Shown here in pieces: positions 62,670 through 64,000 of a stretch of 64,000 bases of DNA (positions are counted from its first letter, which is position 1; every line of letters starts with the position of its first letter). Below the pieces are notes generated by a model. The model was not told the origin of the DNA and did no database searches. It saw only the letters and a program-made list of their open reading frames with translations. The position numbers and the translations under genes were made by a program. Source of the DNA: Eledone cirrhosa (Eukaryota); contig OZ024740.1 of NCBI GenBank assembly GCA_964016885.1, positions 155,124,001 through 155,188,000 on the forward strand. Direction: 5' to 3'.

Positions 62670-63745
62670 GGCAGTATCAGTAGAGGGTCGGACGCCATGC
62701 TTTGCAACAAAGAGTTACGACCCTTTATGGTCTGAGTTCAAATCCCACCTAGGTTAATTTTGCCTTTCATCCTTACGGGGTCGATAAAATAAAGTACCAG
62801 TGGTACACTGGGATAATTGCTGGCCTTGTGCCAAAAGTAGAAACAATTATTAAAATAATATATAGTAAAAACACATAAGTAAAACAAGATTTTATAATAA
62901 TAGTAACGGTTTCTAACATTGGCACAAGGCCTCATTTGCACTTACAGATAGAAGTATAGTTGATTTAATCAACACCAATACTTCAGTGGTACTTTATTTT
63001 ATCGACCCTGGAATGATAAATGCAATGTTGACCTTTGAGGGATTTGAACTCAGGATGTAAAGTGATGTAATCAAATACTGCTAGACATTTTTACTATATT
63101 TATCATCATTTATGCATGAACCTGCCAATCAGCTGACCTAGTAATTAAATAATGATTGTTTCTACTTTTGGCACAAGGCCAGCAATTTGAGGGAGGGGAA
63201 AGTTGATTAAATTGAATATAGTCAGTTACTTGTACTTTATTTTATCAACTCCATAAGGATGAAAGGCAAAGATAGATTTGAACTCAGAACATAAAGGGCT
63301 GTAACTATATGCCACAAAGACAGTTGTCCGACGCTCTACTGATACTGCCAATTCACTGCCATAATTGTTTCTGATTTAGGCACAAGGCCAACAATTTTAG
63401 GGAGAGGAGAATTGATTAAATCGATCCCAGAGTGTTACTGGTACTTTATTTTATCGACCCTGTAAAGATGAAAGGCAACGCTAACCTCAACAGGGACATA
63501 ACTATATGCCACAAAGCATGTTGTCCGATGCTCTACCAATACTACTATAATGATAATTTCTGATTTAGGCACAAAGCCAACAATTTGAAGGGGGAGAGGA
63601 ATGTCGATTAAATCAACCCCAGTGTATTACTGGTGCTTTATTTTATTGATCCTGTAAGGATGAAAGGCAAAGCTAACCTCGGCAGGGACATAGCTATATG
63701 CCTCAAAGCATGTTGTCCAACGCACTATCAACACTACCATAATAA
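62670..63745. mobile_element. family A SINEs: one + copy (62670-62850), then an array of - copies (about 62905-63745)
   Basis: Same modules as other family A copies; the orientation flips at about 62900. Confidence 0.82.
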
Positions 63746-64000
63746 TAATAATAATAATAAAAATAATAATAAGTATTGCTTTGTTGTGAACATTAACGAA
63801 TAATGTTTGTGCTTTTTAAATGTTTTCAAAATCTGTCTAGATTTTTCGTTTTTATTTCCTTTTTTGAAGAACCATACAGAAATGACTGACATGAAAATTT
63901 TCCATAGTCTCAATCCAATATATCAGTTAAATAAAAGTATATTTGGCAAGTAATTCTTACAAAAATAGATATTTAGGCTTTGTGTGTGTGACATATTCCT

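Overview
Eukaryotic, AT-rich, repeat-dense DNA. The SINE and RTE families and the microsatellite load look like an octopus (coleoid cephalopod) genome; that assignment is inference. The one host gene is CHMP2A/Vps2 (ESCRT-III), on the + strand with five coding exons (17266-17439, 27518-27697, 30981-31108, 35878-35939, 45433-45557). These give 669 nt, or 222 aa plus stop, with all GT-AG introns in consistent phase. The rest is mobile DNA: one near-full-length RTE LINE with a PHD-type finger inside its ORF, truncated RTE copies, tandem arrays of tRNA-derived SINEs, piggyBac/hAT/Tc1-mariner/pogo MITEs and minisatellites. The most notable signal is a set of at least 8 unrelated short inserts in (TA)n tracts that carry hammerhead-ribozyme cores. 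Several are fold-back hairpins with a one-sided tail, matching Penelope-like element ends. Two have intact type I hammerhead cores: 21453-21530 (+, in the CHMP2A pre-mRNA, preceded by its own antisense copy) and 34899-34957 (-). Also present: a near-perfect 966-bp inverted duplication that reads as a staggered-break inversion, a duplicated splice acceptor with a candidate 21-nt UTR microexon, and an inverted RTE pair bracketing coding exons 1-4.
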